NCBI GenBank assembly: GCA_963817525.1
Contig: CAWFOU010000001.1
Span: 1,088,001 to 1,152,000 of the forward strand
Length of the DNA: 64,000 nucleotides
Direction of reading: 5' to 3'
Origin: an uncultured archaeon
GTDB lineage: Archaea; Thermoproteota; Nitrososphaeria; Nitrososphaerales; Gagatemarchaeaceae
Of this stretch, positions 9,129 to 18,614 are shown one piece after another. The notes beneath the pieces were generated by a model. That model made no database searches. It was given only the letters and a program-made list of their open reading frames with translations, and had not been told where the DNA came from. Every line of letters starts with the position of its first letter. The stretch's first letter is position 1. Position numbers and translations under genes: made by a program.

Positions 9129-9848
9129 ATGTCCCTCGACCCCTCGCTCCTGATCGGAGTGGCGGCTGGCGGGGCGGCAGGTCTCGGAATCTCGTACGCG
9201 GCATTCTATCCCAGAGGCAAGAGCCGAAAGGTCCAGGTGACGCAGAGAGACGAGTCAGGCCAGCTCCGCAAGAAGACCGTGACCTCGGAAGACCTCGAAA
9301 GGTCGAAGAAGGAGATGCGCACTCTGTTGCTCGAGAGGGACCTCCTCTCAGGGGCGCTCACCAAGGTCTACGAGGCGGAGAACGAGGGCAAGATAACTCG
9401 GGACGAGAGGGAGATGATAGCGAAGAGGTACAGCACTCAGATAAGGGAGCTCGAGTCCAAGCTCAGCGACAAGGAGCTGATGGTGGAGGTCGGGGAGCTC
9501 GAGGGGCTCAGGGACGAGCTCATGACGCTCTTCAGGGAGAAGATCCAGAACATCGAGAGCAGGCTCGACCAGGCCAAGGAGAGGCTCCCCAGCGTTGCCC
9601 AGCCGGCCAAGGGGACGGAGGCGCCGATGGCGGCTGGCGGGCGTCCCAAGCCCGCGGCGACGATCTCCACGACGGTCTCCGGGCAGGCCTCGCAGGGCGA
9701 GGACCTTGAGAGGGCGGTCGAGCGCAAGTCCCCCAAGAGGGACGACACAGAGGGGGAGAGGAGGGTGAAGGCCATCCGCGACGAGGTGATGGAGGCGCTC
9801 GAGCGGCTCGAGCAGATAGACACGAGGAAGGAGACCGAAGGCACCTGA
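9129..9848 (+). CDS. Membrane-anchored coiled-coil protein
   Basis: N-terminal TM (LLIGVAAGGAAGLGISYAAF) then long heptad-rich helices; TATA-like GTTAATAT at 9095. Confidence 0.7.
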   Translation: MSLDPSLLIGVAAGGAAGLGISYAAFYPRGKSRKVQVTQRDESGQLRKKTVTSEDLERSKKEMRTLLLERDLLSGALTKVYEAENEGKITRDEREMIAKRYSTQIRELESKLSDKELMVEVGELEGLRDELMTLFREKIQNIESRLDQAKERLPSVAQPAKGTEAPMAAGGRPKPAATISTTVSGQASQGEDLERAVERKSPKRDDTEGERRVKAIRDEVMEALERLEQIDTRKETEGT

Positions 9849-10543
9849 GCGGGAAGGCCTCTACATCGGAGAAGCTGGGCAAGGAGCTCGCCGCGGGGAT
9901 CAAGGACGGCGACGTGGTGGGACTGGGAAGCGGGTCCACCGTCGCGCGGCTCCTGCCCTTCATGGTCAAGGCGATGCGCGACAACGGCGTCGAGGCCACC
10001 TGGGTGCCCACATCCCTCCAGATCCAGGCCGTCGCACAGGAGCTCAAGGTGAGGGTCGGCCCTCTCACCAGCCCTGAGATCGTCAAGGTCGTCGACGGGG
10101 CGGACCAGGTCGACAAGAAGCTCAACCTCATCAAGGGAGGGGGAGGCGCCCTCCTCAAGGAGAAGGTCCTCCTCGGGAGCGCGAAGGACTCCGCGATAGT
10201 GGCCGACGAAAAGAAGTTCGTCGAGAAGCTCGGGATGGGCGACTACCGCGTGCCCATCGAGGTCAGCCAGTTCGCCAGGGAGACGGCCATGGCCATGCTC
10301 AAGAAGAGGGGGAGCAAGGACGTCAAGATACGCCTGGACGCGAGGGGGTACCCGGCATACTCAGAGAACGGGAACATGCTCTTCGACGCCCTCTTCGCGC
10401 CTATCGACAACGCCGCGAAGCTGGAGGTCGACCTAAAGTCCATCCCGGGCGTCCTCGAGGTGGGGATATTCGTGATCAGGCCCATCACAGTATACAAGAT
10501 AAGGCCAGACGGGTCGTATGACGCCTTGAAGCCGGCAGCCTAA
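9845..10543 (+). CDS. rpiA: Ribose-5-phosphate isomerase A (probable CTG start overlapping upstream stop)
   Basis: VGLGSGST, VDGADQVD, IKGGGGALLKEK. Confidence 0.93.
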   Translation: MSGKASTSEKLGKELAAGIKDGDVVGLGSGSTVARLLPFMVKAMRDNGVEATWVPTSLQIQAVAQELKVRVGPLTSPEIVKVVDGADQVDKKLNLIKGGGGALLKEKVLLGSAKDSAIVADEKKFVEKLGMGDYRVPIEVSQFARETAMAMLKKRGSKDVKIRLDARGYPAYSENGNMLFDALFAPIDNAAKLEVDLKSIPGVLEVGIFVIRPITVYKIRPDGSYDALKPAA

Positions 10544-10630
10544 GAAGTTCTGGTGCGCCTTGGGGCGATGCGGGGTTTTTGGGGTCAGGTGGTGCGACTC
10601 GGGCGATGCGATTCATATAATGCGTGAGGC

Positions 10631-10909
10631 TCAGAATAGCCGCACAAATCGAGGAAACCACACGATGCCATATCCAGCGGGTTGTGTATCCCCGGGGACG
10701 ACGAGGGCGTGGGGAATATACAGCGCTCCGTATCCTCCATGCCCGTAGTCAGCCGTCAGCATCAGGAGCGGGGATTCGTAGAACACAACCGTGCCGTGGA
10801 TGCATGTGGTAGGATAGCCTGCACAGAGATATGGGAACACCGGGGCAAAGAAAAGGAAGGCAGGAACCGCTACGACAAGAACCGCGACGACGAGCATTTT
10901 TCGTCTCAT
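10631..10909 (-). CDS. Small membrane/secreted hypothetical protein
   Basis: MRRK plus hydrophobic stretch, Cys pair. Confidence 0.45.
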   Translation of the reverse strand: MRRKMLVVAVLVVAVPAFLFFAPVFPYLCAGYPTTCIHGTVVFYESPLLMLTADYGHGGYGALYIPHALVVPGDTQPAGYGIVWFPRFVRLF

Positions 10910-11034
10910 CGAGTATCATCGTTGCGATTGAGGGTTGCCAGCTTTAAGAAGGCTTTCCGTCTTGTTCCTTCGAGCCCCAAGTGCCTGAGAACAGATTTAT
11001 AATCTAGGTGACGGGCCTGCATGATTCGCACAAA

Positions 11035-11463
11035 ATGACGCGTGAGTTAGGCTACAAGACCAAGCCGATCGACCAGGCATTCCTCTCCAAGGCGGACGAG
11101 TTTCCCATCACTGGAGAGCACAACGGCCACAAGGTCAGGGCGGCCGGGATGCCCAGGATGGACGGGGAAGGCAAGCCGGCGCCGACCTCGCAAGGGATCC
11201 ACGGGACCAACACGGCGGTAGACTGGGACGCCTGCAGCGCGGACGGAGTCTGCATGGACGTCTGCCCCGTCTTCGTGTACGAGTGGGCGCTCAACACCGG
11301 CCAGTCCGGCTCTGGGAAGGACAAGATCCTCGCCCCGAACACGCCAGAGTGGCAGACCATGAGGTCGGACAAGTCAGACCCGGTGAGGGAGAAGGACTGC
11401 ATCTACTGCATGGCGTGTGAGACTTCATGCCCGACCCAGTGCATCAAGATCACGCAACCATAA
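11035..11463 (+). CDS. Zinc-containing dicluster ferredoxin (Zfx-like)
   Basis: GEHNGHKV and GIHG Zn ligands; CSADGVCMDVCP and CIYCMACETSCP. Confidence 0.88.
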   Translation: MTRELGYKTKPIDQAFLSKADEFPITGEHNGHKVRAAGMPRMDGEGKPAPTSQGIHGTNTAVDWDACSADGVCMDVCPVFVYEWALNTGQSGSGKDKILAPNTPEWQTMRSDKSDPVREKDCIYCMACETSCPTQCIKITQP

Positions 11464-11498
11464 CTGGATGAGCCAATTTTCGTCGTCACACAGCCACG

Positions 11499-12821
11499 TC
11501 AAGGATGGCGGCGAAGATAATCTTCCTCTGCTTGCTTGGTGAATGCCGCAACGTCATCATCCACGGACTTTCGCAGCGCGTCCCTTTTTGGGGCAACCTC
11601 TGACCAAAGAGTTCCCTTCTTGATTGAGAGTGCGAGATTCCTCTTGGCTGTCCTCTCCCTGTGCACTAGCGGGAGTTTCAGCAGAAGGTCCTGAGCCTCT
11701 TCGAAAGTCCCCACCATCACTCGCCAATAGTTCTTCTTCATTTCTATATGAAATCCGGGAGACCTGAATCCGATCTTCTTGTCCAAATAAGGGTCGAGTG
11801 CGCGATATCCCAAATGGACCAGCCACTTCTGGACGCATTGAATAAGATCCAGGTCAGTGTTGTAGTAGACTACTTGCACCGAAGTGGTCCTCGCATTTGG
11901 ATAAACGCCGATCGTGCCTTCGGCGTCGAATAGCCCGGCCAGATACGCCAATACAGTGGAAGGTCTGCGAAATATCCAGCCTCGGCACTCGGCACTCCGT
12001 TCGGGGCTCTAGAAGGAATGAGAAGCTGACGTCCAGGATTGTGGAAAGATTCCATTCATATGTGTGAGTGTCCTTCTTGAATCTGGAGTGCTGATAGACA
12101 TGGCCGTATTTTTCAAATAGATTTCTGAAAAGCTCCACCATCGCTGGGTGCGTACTGCTGGTTGAAACACGGACCGCGTCTCCAAATGGTCTAGAAACAT
12201 GAAAGTCTCCGTGGGATATTCCAAGTAGGTACGCCTTGTCCTCGTCGGTCCCGTCGAACGGATTGCGTTTGTGTTTCCTCGCGTCGGCGATTCCTTTCAG
12301 CCTTCCTTCTTCGAAGTCCCTCGCCTTGACTTCAATCTTCTTGAATAGCCAAGATACGTATCCGCTCGTTTTGCTCCCAATGAGTTCGGCTATGTCCGTC
12401 ATCGAGACTTCACGCACCCAGTGGAGGTACTCCATCACGGCTCTGATTCGTCCCCTCGTCTCCTCGTCTCCTCGTCCAGATGCTCGATGCTCAGTCCCTC
12501 GTTCCGGATGAGCTCTAGCACTGCGCCCTCCTCTCCCTCCACGTCCGGGTTTTCCTGTTTGGGGTGTTTCTCCTTCCAGGTCGTGACCATGTCCTCTGTA
12601 TCCTTGACCAACTCTGCGACTCTGTTGCGCCTCTCAATCCTATACTTCTTCAGATAATGACGAATGAGTTCGGCGCCGGACCTGGAGTTTCCTGTCCCGT
12701 GACCGTAGACTTTGGCTATCTTCGCGGCGGAGAGCTTCTCATCGACGTAGAGGCGTTGCAGGTCCTCTTTGATGGGAGGCCAGGCGGGCGGGGGCTGGGG
12801 GGACTGCTCCTCTGCAGACAA
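11499..12821 (-). pseudogene. Free-standing HTH + double-LAGLIDADG endonuclease-like gene, split by two frameshifts
   Basis: Three overlapping ORFs; AYLLGISHGDF and AYLAGLFDAEG motifs; removing one 8-bp and one 7-bp tandem copy gives a single 435-aa frame; more AT-rich than flanks. Confidence 0.85.
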
Positions 12822-12935
12822 TTAGTCAGAGACTTCAGAGCGCCTATTATCCGCCCACTTCAGAATGAGATCCGGCTTCGACCGCGCTAGCGGGGCAACA
12901 AAGTATTTAGGCCTAGAAGTGACCGTCGGTCCATC

Positions 12936-13331
12936 TTGGACGAAGACGCGGAGTTGAACCTGATAAACGCCCGCAAGCTAGCGGAGCTCAAGAAGAGGGC
13001 GTCCATCGCGTCCGCGGCGCCTCCGTCTCCCGCGCCCAAGCCGGTCAAGAGCGACAGGGACGTCCTCCTCGGGGTGCTCTACGACAGGGGCGACGAGGTG
13101 CTCCAGACCGCCTACCAGACGTATCCCCGCCAGACGCAGATCGTCGTCACCCAGCTGGCGAGGCTCCTCAAGCAGAACGGGATGAGGGAGCGGATCTCCG
13201 GGGGCGAGCTATACCAGCTCTTCAGGAACCTCGGCCTGAGGTTCAGCCTGAAGACGACGATAAAGATCCAGGACAAGGGCAAGTTCGTGGACCTCAAGGA
13301 CAAGCTGAAGATGGACATGCAAGAGGGCTGA
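12936..13331 (+). CDS. PDCD5-like dsDNA-binding domain protein
   Basis: DAELNLINARKLAEL N-terminus, helical domain, RISGGELYQLF. Confidence 0.65.
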   Translation: MDEDAELNLINARKLAELKKRASIASAAPPSPAPKPVKSDRDVLLGVLYDRGDEVLQTAYQTYPRQTQIVVTQLARLLKQNGMRERISGGELYQLFRNLGLRFSLKTTIKIQDKGKFVDLKDKLKMDMQEG

Positions 13332-13336
13332 GCGGG

Positions 13337-14119
13337 TTGGCCCAGACGAAGCCACTCCCCGAGATAGAGGTGAGGGTGCTCTCGACCCCCGACCCCGTGA
13401 AACCGGTCTTGGTCTGCGGCCTCCCCGGGAGCGGCTACGTGGGAAAGCTCGCGGCGGACTACCTCGTCACGGCCTTCACGGCCAAGAAGGTGGCCGAGTT
13501 CTACTCCGTCTCCTTCCCTCCACACGTGAACGTCGGAGACGACGGGGTGGCAACGAGGCTCAGGGGGGAGCTGCACCACGCGGACACCGGGCAGGCGAAC
13601 GACCTCCTCGTGTTCACAGCCGACGCCCAGCCCACGACCTCGAGCGGGGAATACGAGCTCGCCGACGCGGTCCTCAGGGAGGCCGCGAAGCTGGAGGCGA
13701 AGATGGTCTTCTCGCTCGCCGCCTACGTCACCGGGACCTTCGTGAGGGAGCGCCACGTCTTCGGGACGGCCACCTCGAAGGAGGTGATACCCCGCCTCTC
13801 CGAGAACGGCGTCCAGATAATGAGGGAAGGAGGCATCAGCGGCATGAACGGCATCATCGTCGGGATGGCGAAGCTTCACGGGATGGACGGGGTCTCGCTC
13901 CTAGGGGAGACCGCCGGCTACCTTCTCGACCCTGCCGCCTCGCACTCGGTGCTAGAGTCCCTCTCCCACATCCTCGGGCTGAAGATCGATCTGACCTCCA
14001 TCGAGGAGAGGGCGAAGGAGGCGCAGCAGATCTTCGGCCAGGTCCAGAGGATGACGGAGCAAAACGTCGAGGAGGCCAGGGGTACGAAGGAAGAAGGGAA
14101 GCCCGGCTACATAGCCTGA
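13337..14119 (+). CDS. PAC2-family proteasome assembly chaperone
   Basis: GLPGSGYVGKLA, DAQP, GISGMNG, GETAGYLLDP, C-terminal GYIA. Confidence 0.9.
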   Translation: MAQTKPLPEIEVRVLSTPDPVKPVLVCGLPGSGYVGKLAADYLVTAFTAKKVAEFYSVSFPPHVNVGDDGVATRLRGELHHADTGQANDLLVFTADAQPTTSSGEYELADAVLREAAKLEAKMVFSLAAYVTGTFVRERHVFGTATSKEVIPRLSENGVQIMREGGISGMNGIIVGMAKLHGMDGVSLLGETAGYLLDPAASHSVLESLSHILGLKIDLTSIEERAKEAQQIFGQVQRMTEQNVEEARGTKEEGKPGYIA

Positions 14120-14126
14120 CGCCGGC

Positions 14127-17084
14127 TCAGCCCTTTATGTTTCCGATGGGCCTGAGGGCCGCGACCTTCAGCGAGATGCCGGCCTGGTGCATCGTCTCGA
14201 CGACCTCGGAGATGTCCTTGTAGGCCATCCCGGCCTCCTCGGCCAGTCCCTCCCACGTGGCGGCCTTGACGTAGATGCCGCGCTTCTCCATCCTCTGCTG
14301 TAGGTCCTTGCCGCTCACCTGCCTCTTCGCTGCCGTCCTCGACATCGTCCTCCCCGAGCCGTGCGCGGTGGAGCCGAAGGTCTCCTCCATCGCCTTCTCC
14401 GTCCCCAGGAGCAGGTAGGAGCCGGTCTCCATCGAGCCGCCGATGATCACGGGCTGGCCCAGCGCGCGGTAGGCCGGGGGTATGTCGGGGTGGCCTGGGC
14501 CGAAGCTACGGGTGGCCCCCTTCCTGTGGACGAGCAGGTCCTTCGAGCCCCCGTCGACCTTGTGCCTCTCCACCTTCGCGATGTTGTGGCAGACGTCGTA
14601 GATGATGTGCATGTCGAGGGCCTCGGGGTCCTTGCGGAAGACCTGCTTGAAGGCCTCGCGTATCCTCATGACTATGACCTGCCTGTTGGCGAAGGCCATG
14701 TTGGCGGCGCAGACCATCGCGCCGTAGTAGTCCTCGCCCTCCTTGGAGGAGAAGGGCGCGCAGGCGAGCTCCCTGTCCCGCACGGTGATGCCGTACTTCT
14801 TCATCGCCCCGTCGAAGACCCTTAGGTAGTCAGAGCCTATCTGGTGGCCGAAGCCCCTGCTGCCGCAGTGGACCATGACCACGACCTGGTCGTCGTGGAC
14901 CAGGCCGAAGTGCTTGCCCATCTTGGCGTCGAAGAACCTGGCGGGGTCGACCACCTGGACCTCGCAGTAGTGGTTCCCCGAGCCGAGCGTTCCCAGCTGG
15001 CTGATCCCCCGGCTGGAGGCCTGCTGGCTGACCTTGGAGGGGTCCGCGCCCTTGATGTATCCGCCCTCCTCGACCTTCTCCACGTCGTCGTCCCAGCCGT
15101 AGTCGTTCTCGGCGCACCACTTCACTCCCCACCTCATGATGTCCTCGAACTGCGGCTGGTTGAGCTTCACCAGCCCCTTGACCCCTACCCCGGTGGGGAT
15201 AAGCCTGAAAAGCAGGTCTACGAGCTCCTTTATCCTGGGTTTGACCTCCGAATAGCGCAGATTCGTCCGAACGAGTCGCATTCCGCAATTGGAGACCACC
15301 ATCCCGTCGGAGACGAAGTTGTGGTTGGCGTCGCCGATAGTCACGTCATACACGAGACCTTCATATGGTATCGACTCGATCGAGACGATCTTGTCGTAGA
15401 CCAAGCCGCTCTTTCCCTCCTCTGAGCTGGCTGCGAACTGCTCCAGTCGGACTGACCGCCAGACCCTGGCGTGTCCTCTGGTCTGCCAGATTGAATGGCG
15501 GATGAAGCTTGGGCCCGCCACGTCGGAGGCAAGAGAGCTCACTATCTCTCGGGCGGGGACGCCGGCAGCGCGCATCGCCACCGCCTGCGCGCGAACCCTG
15601 TCCCTTTCGTCGCGGATCGTCTGGACGTGCGAGAGGAAGCATGATGCGACGCTGGCTAGCCTCTGCTTGTCGCGGTTGTAGAGGTAGCCAACCTGACCGA
15701 AGAATCTGAGAAGGTTGGGAGTGTTCGAAAGTATCGAGAGGCGGTGACCCGTCGAGGGGCCGTCGATTCCTGCGTAATCGTAGCCTTCCACACGCACGGG
15801 ATTGGAGGTCTCCACGCCGAGTGACAAGAGAACCCCGCGGAAGTCCTCGAGGAGCTCGACCGCGCTCTTCGAGAGCCGGACCAGCTTGCTTACGCTGAAG
15901 GACGGCATCTGGAAATCGTAACCGTTTCCGGTGATAGGTTTCGAAAGCTCGGCGCCGAAGAAGGCGCCGAGGAAGAGCTTTTTCTGCCACGCTTCCGCGG
16001 AGAAGAGCCATTCAGGAAGGCGATACGCCTGATTTGTCTTCTTCCCATAAGGGGCGCCGAGCGCCACCATGAGGACCGCGAGCGCGGTGGAGGAGGCCTG
16101 AAGTGAGTGCTCTGTGAAGTCGAACTCGGACGTGCCATAGGCCGTCTTGATCCTGTGGTGACGATCCCTCGTGAAGCTATGGGATGCGAATCCGAGAGAA
16201 CTGATATCCTTCTGTATGTCTGCGAGGTCTTCGGGATTTCCCCAGAAGGAGGTGTAATGCCCTTTTTTCACCGCGGGGATGTTGCCGTCTCCGAAGATGA
16301 AGCCTAGCAACTTGGCAACTGCTACCATCCTCGGGTCGCTGAGCAACAGACGGTCGAGGCCGCGTTCCCTGAGCTCGCGCAGAATCTGAGTCCTGGAGTT
16401 TCCTCGATCTGTTATGCCCATCCTCGTCATCGCGAGGTCGAGCGTGTCCGAAGAGACGATCTCAATCGAATAGGGCTCCGTGAAGGGGATGCCTTCGACT
16501 CCGGTCGTCAACAGCGTGTCTTCGATCGTGAGCTTACCTGCAGGGACCATCCCGGCCGGGGTGCGGATGGGATGGTCGGCGGTAGCCAGCAGAGTCTTGC
16601 CGGCCTTGGTCTTTATCTTGAGGATCGACTCGGCTTCCCAACGGCGCTGTTTCAGCACCGCCCGAGTGGGAATCCCAGACCGCGTAGTCTCGTCGAAGGT
16701 TAGGAACCCCTGGGTGGTGGTGTCGATGTCTGCGATTCTTCTCCAAATCCCGTTCTCGTCGATGACCTTGGAGTCCGGGTGGAGGCAGTTGATATCAAAT
16801 CCGATTCCGCCAGGTGAAATTATCCCATTTTCAGGGTCGAACGCGGCGACGCCCCCTATAGGGAAGCCGTAGCCCCAGTGGGCGTCGGCCATGGCGTAGG
16901 AGTACTTTACGATGCCAGTGAGGGACGCGACGTTCGTGACCTGCTCGATCACCCCGTTGTCCATCTCCTCGAGGAGCTTCTTGGTCGCGTAGATCCGGGC
17001 GGGGACGTTCATCCCGGCCTTGTAGGAAGTGGGAATCTCCCAGACGACGTCCGAGATCTGCTTTGCGTTCTTGACGTCGGTCAT
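14127..17084 (-). CDS. rtcB: RNA ligase RtcB (intein-containing)
   Basis: DAHWGYGFPIG, GFDIN[intein]CG, GSGNHY, HCGSRG, HRKGAT, HGSGR. Confidence 0.96.
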   Translation of the reverse strand: MTDVKNAKQISDVVWEIPTSYKAGMNVPARIYATKKLLEEMDNGVIEQVTNVASLTGIVKYSYAMADAHWGYGFPIGGVAAFDPENGIISPGGIGFDINCLHPDSKVIDENGIWRRIADIDTTTQGFLTFDETTRSGIPTRAVLKQRRWEAESILKIKTKAGKTLLATADHPIRTPAGMVPAGKLTIEDTLLTTGVEGIPFTEPYSIEIVSSDTLDLAMTRMGITDRGNSRTQILRELRERGLDRLLLSDPRMVAVAKLLGFIFGDGNIPAVKKGHYTSFWGNPEDLADIQKDISSLGFASHSFTRDRHHRIKTAYGTSEFDFTEHSLQASSTALAVLMVALGAPYGKKTNQAYRLPEWLFSAEAWQKKLFLGAFFGAELSKPITGNGYDFQMPSFSVSKLVRLSKSAVELLEDFRGVLLSLGVETSNPVRVEGYDYAGIDGPSTGHRLSILSNTPNLLRFFGQVGYLYNRDKQRLASVASCFLSHVQTIRDERDRVRAQAVAMRAAGVPAREIVSSLASDVAGPSFIRHSIWQTRGHARVWRSVRLEQFAASSEEGKSGLVYDKIVSIESIPYEGLVYDVTIGDANHNFVSDGMVVSNCGMRLVRTNLRYSEVKPRIKELVDLLFRLIPTGVGVKGLVKLNQPQFEDIMRWGVKWCAENDYGWDDDVEKVEEGGYIKGADPSKVSQQASSRGISQLGTLGSGNHYCEVQVVDPARFFDAKMGKHFGLVHDDQVVVMVHCGSRGFGHQIGSDYLRVFDGAMKKYGITVRDRELACAPFSSKEGEDYYGAMVCAANMAFANRQVIVMRIREAFKQVFRKDPEALDMHIIYDVCHNIAKVERHKVDGGSKDLLVHRKGATRSFGPGHPDIPPAYRALGQPVIIGGSMETGSYLLLGTEKAMEETFGSTAHGSGRTMSRTAAKRQVSGKDLQQRMEKRGIYVKAATWEGLAEEAGMAYKDISEVVETMHQAGISLKVAALRPIGNIKG
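15288..16787 (-). mobile_element. RtcB intein with LAGLIDADG endonuclease (500 aa)
   Basis: CLHPDS start, TADH block B, LLGFIFGDG and FLGAFFGAEL, VYDVT...HNFVSDGMVVSN/C end. Confidence 0.93.
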
Positions 17085-17141
17085 CTTGCTGAGAGCGTCT
17101 CTCCCCGCGGCGCCTGCTCACCCGACTTAAGCCTTCTGCGT

Positions 17142-17594
17142 TCAGATGTCGAGGACGACGGTCGCCTCCCACCAGCCCCGCTTCCCTTTCTTCTTCACTT
17201 CGAACATGTGCATCGTCACCGCCTTCACGTCGTTCCTGAGCGCGTGCCTCTCCCTGTCGATCTCCTCGCCCAGCATCACGCAGTCGAGGGCGTGTCCCTG
17301 CGAGGCGATCGAGACCTTGTAGTCCTCGAAGAGGAGCGAGTCGACGTCCTTGATCACTATCAGCTCCGTGAGAAAGTCGTAGAGAAGCCTATCGACGGAG
17401 GGAGATTCTACCTCGATCCTTCGCTCGACCCTCCCTGCGACCGTCCTCCTGTCCACCATTACGTCGGTGAGTGCCCTCGCCGCGGCCTCGAAGAGTGAGG
17501 GGAGTGAGTCCGCGCGGGCGACGAACGCCACGTCGGCTAGTGCGATGTTGGAGAGAAAGCGGTAGTCCGAATGGCGCCGGCCTGGGCTGACCAA
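17142..17594 (-). CDS. Archease (RtcB cofactor)
   Basis: ADVAF, LFEAAARAL, VKAVTMH, terminal VLDI; directly upstream of rtcB. Confidence 0.92.
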   Translation of the reverse strand: MVSPGRRHSDYRFLSNIALADVAFVARADSLPSLFEAAARALTDVMVDRRTVAGRVERRIEVESPSVDRLLYDFLTELIVIKDVDSLLFEDYKVSIASQGHALDCVMLGEEIDRERHALRNDVKAVTMHMFEVKKKGKRGWWEATVVLDI

Positions 17595-17825
17595 CGCCCC
17601 GACGCGAAATCAGGCTCTTAAGAACGTGCGTCAGGCGCCTACCCAGTGGCGGCATGACCACGTGGGCGAGAAGATTCCTTAGACGAGACCCAAGCAAAGA
17701 GCCTTGACAAACGTGTGATATTGGATCAAGCTACAACCTATCAGGCGCCAATACGCTTTTCACGATGGAGGCGCGGGGATTCATCATTGACGGGATCGGG
17801 TGACGAGTGGGGCCCGGCGAGGGCG

Positions 17826-18611
17826 ATGCTGCCACGCCAGCCGGGAGTGGTCGAGGCGGAGCCCGCCGCCAACCTCGCGCTCGAGGAGGCGCTCTTCCTC
17901 AGGAACGAGGGGTTCCTCGCAAGGGTCTGGGAGAACGCAGAGTCCGTGATCATAGGGCGGGCCCAGCTGGCGAGCCACGAGACGGACGTCGGGTATTGCA
18001 AGTCGCATTCCATCCCTATAGTCAGGAGGTTCACCGCGGGCGGGGCCGTCTACAACGGGCCGGGGAACCTGAACTGGTCGCTCTTCGTGGCGAGGAGCCT
18101 CGACTCTGGGCCGCTTAGGTACGAGTCGAGCCCCCACGCGATATTCAGGGGCGCCTCGAGGCCCCTCCTCTCCGCCCTCGAGGAGTGCGGCGTGGGCGCC
18201 TGGCTTGACCCGCCAAACAGGATCCTCACAAGGGAGGGCAAGATCTCGGGGATGGCCGCCTACGTCTCGAGGAGAGGGTTCCTCTGCCACGGGACTCTCC
18301 TGGTCGGGGCGGACATGGGGAGGGTGAAGGCGCTCACGACGCCGTCGCCCGAGGCCATCGGGAGGAAGTACACCAGGAGCAGGGACGTCAAGACCGCGAA
18401 CGCCCCGTTGGACGTAGATTCGTTTATTCGCACGTTCGTGGGGACTCTCGCCGACGAGACCAAGATGGAGATGAAGACGACCTCCCCTGACGCGCGCGAG
18501 CTGGCCCTCATGAGGGAGCTGATGGCGGCCCGCTACGGGGACGAGGGGTGGAACCTGGGCGACCCGTTCGCCTGGAGCGAGAGGGCCGTCGCGGACGCCA
18601 TGGTGAGATAG
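17826..18611 (+). CDS. Lipoate-protein ligase family (start uncertain)
   Basis: NLALEEAL, VIIGR, VRRFTAGGAVY, KISG, HGTLL. Confidence 0.88.
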   Translation: MLPRQPGVVEAEPAANLALEEALFLRNEGFLARVWENAESVIIGRAQLASHETDVGYCKSHSIPIVRRFTAGGAVYNGPGNLNWSLFVARSLDSGPLRYESSPHAIFRGASRPLLSALEECGVGAWLDPPNRILTREGKISGMAAYVSRRGFLCHGTLLVGADMGRVKALTTPSPEAIGRKYTRSRDVKTANAPLDVDSFIRTFVGTLADETKMEMKTTSPDARELALMRELMAARYGDEGWNLGDPFAWSERAVADAMVR

Positions 18612-18614
18612 CGG

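Noticed and set aside
17813-17846. GGCG/CGCC helix with flanking pairing near the lipoate ligase start, as a second BHB intron
   Set aside because: No inner stem and a poor outer helix in the required register. The ORF is open without splicing, and removal restores no recognisable motif.
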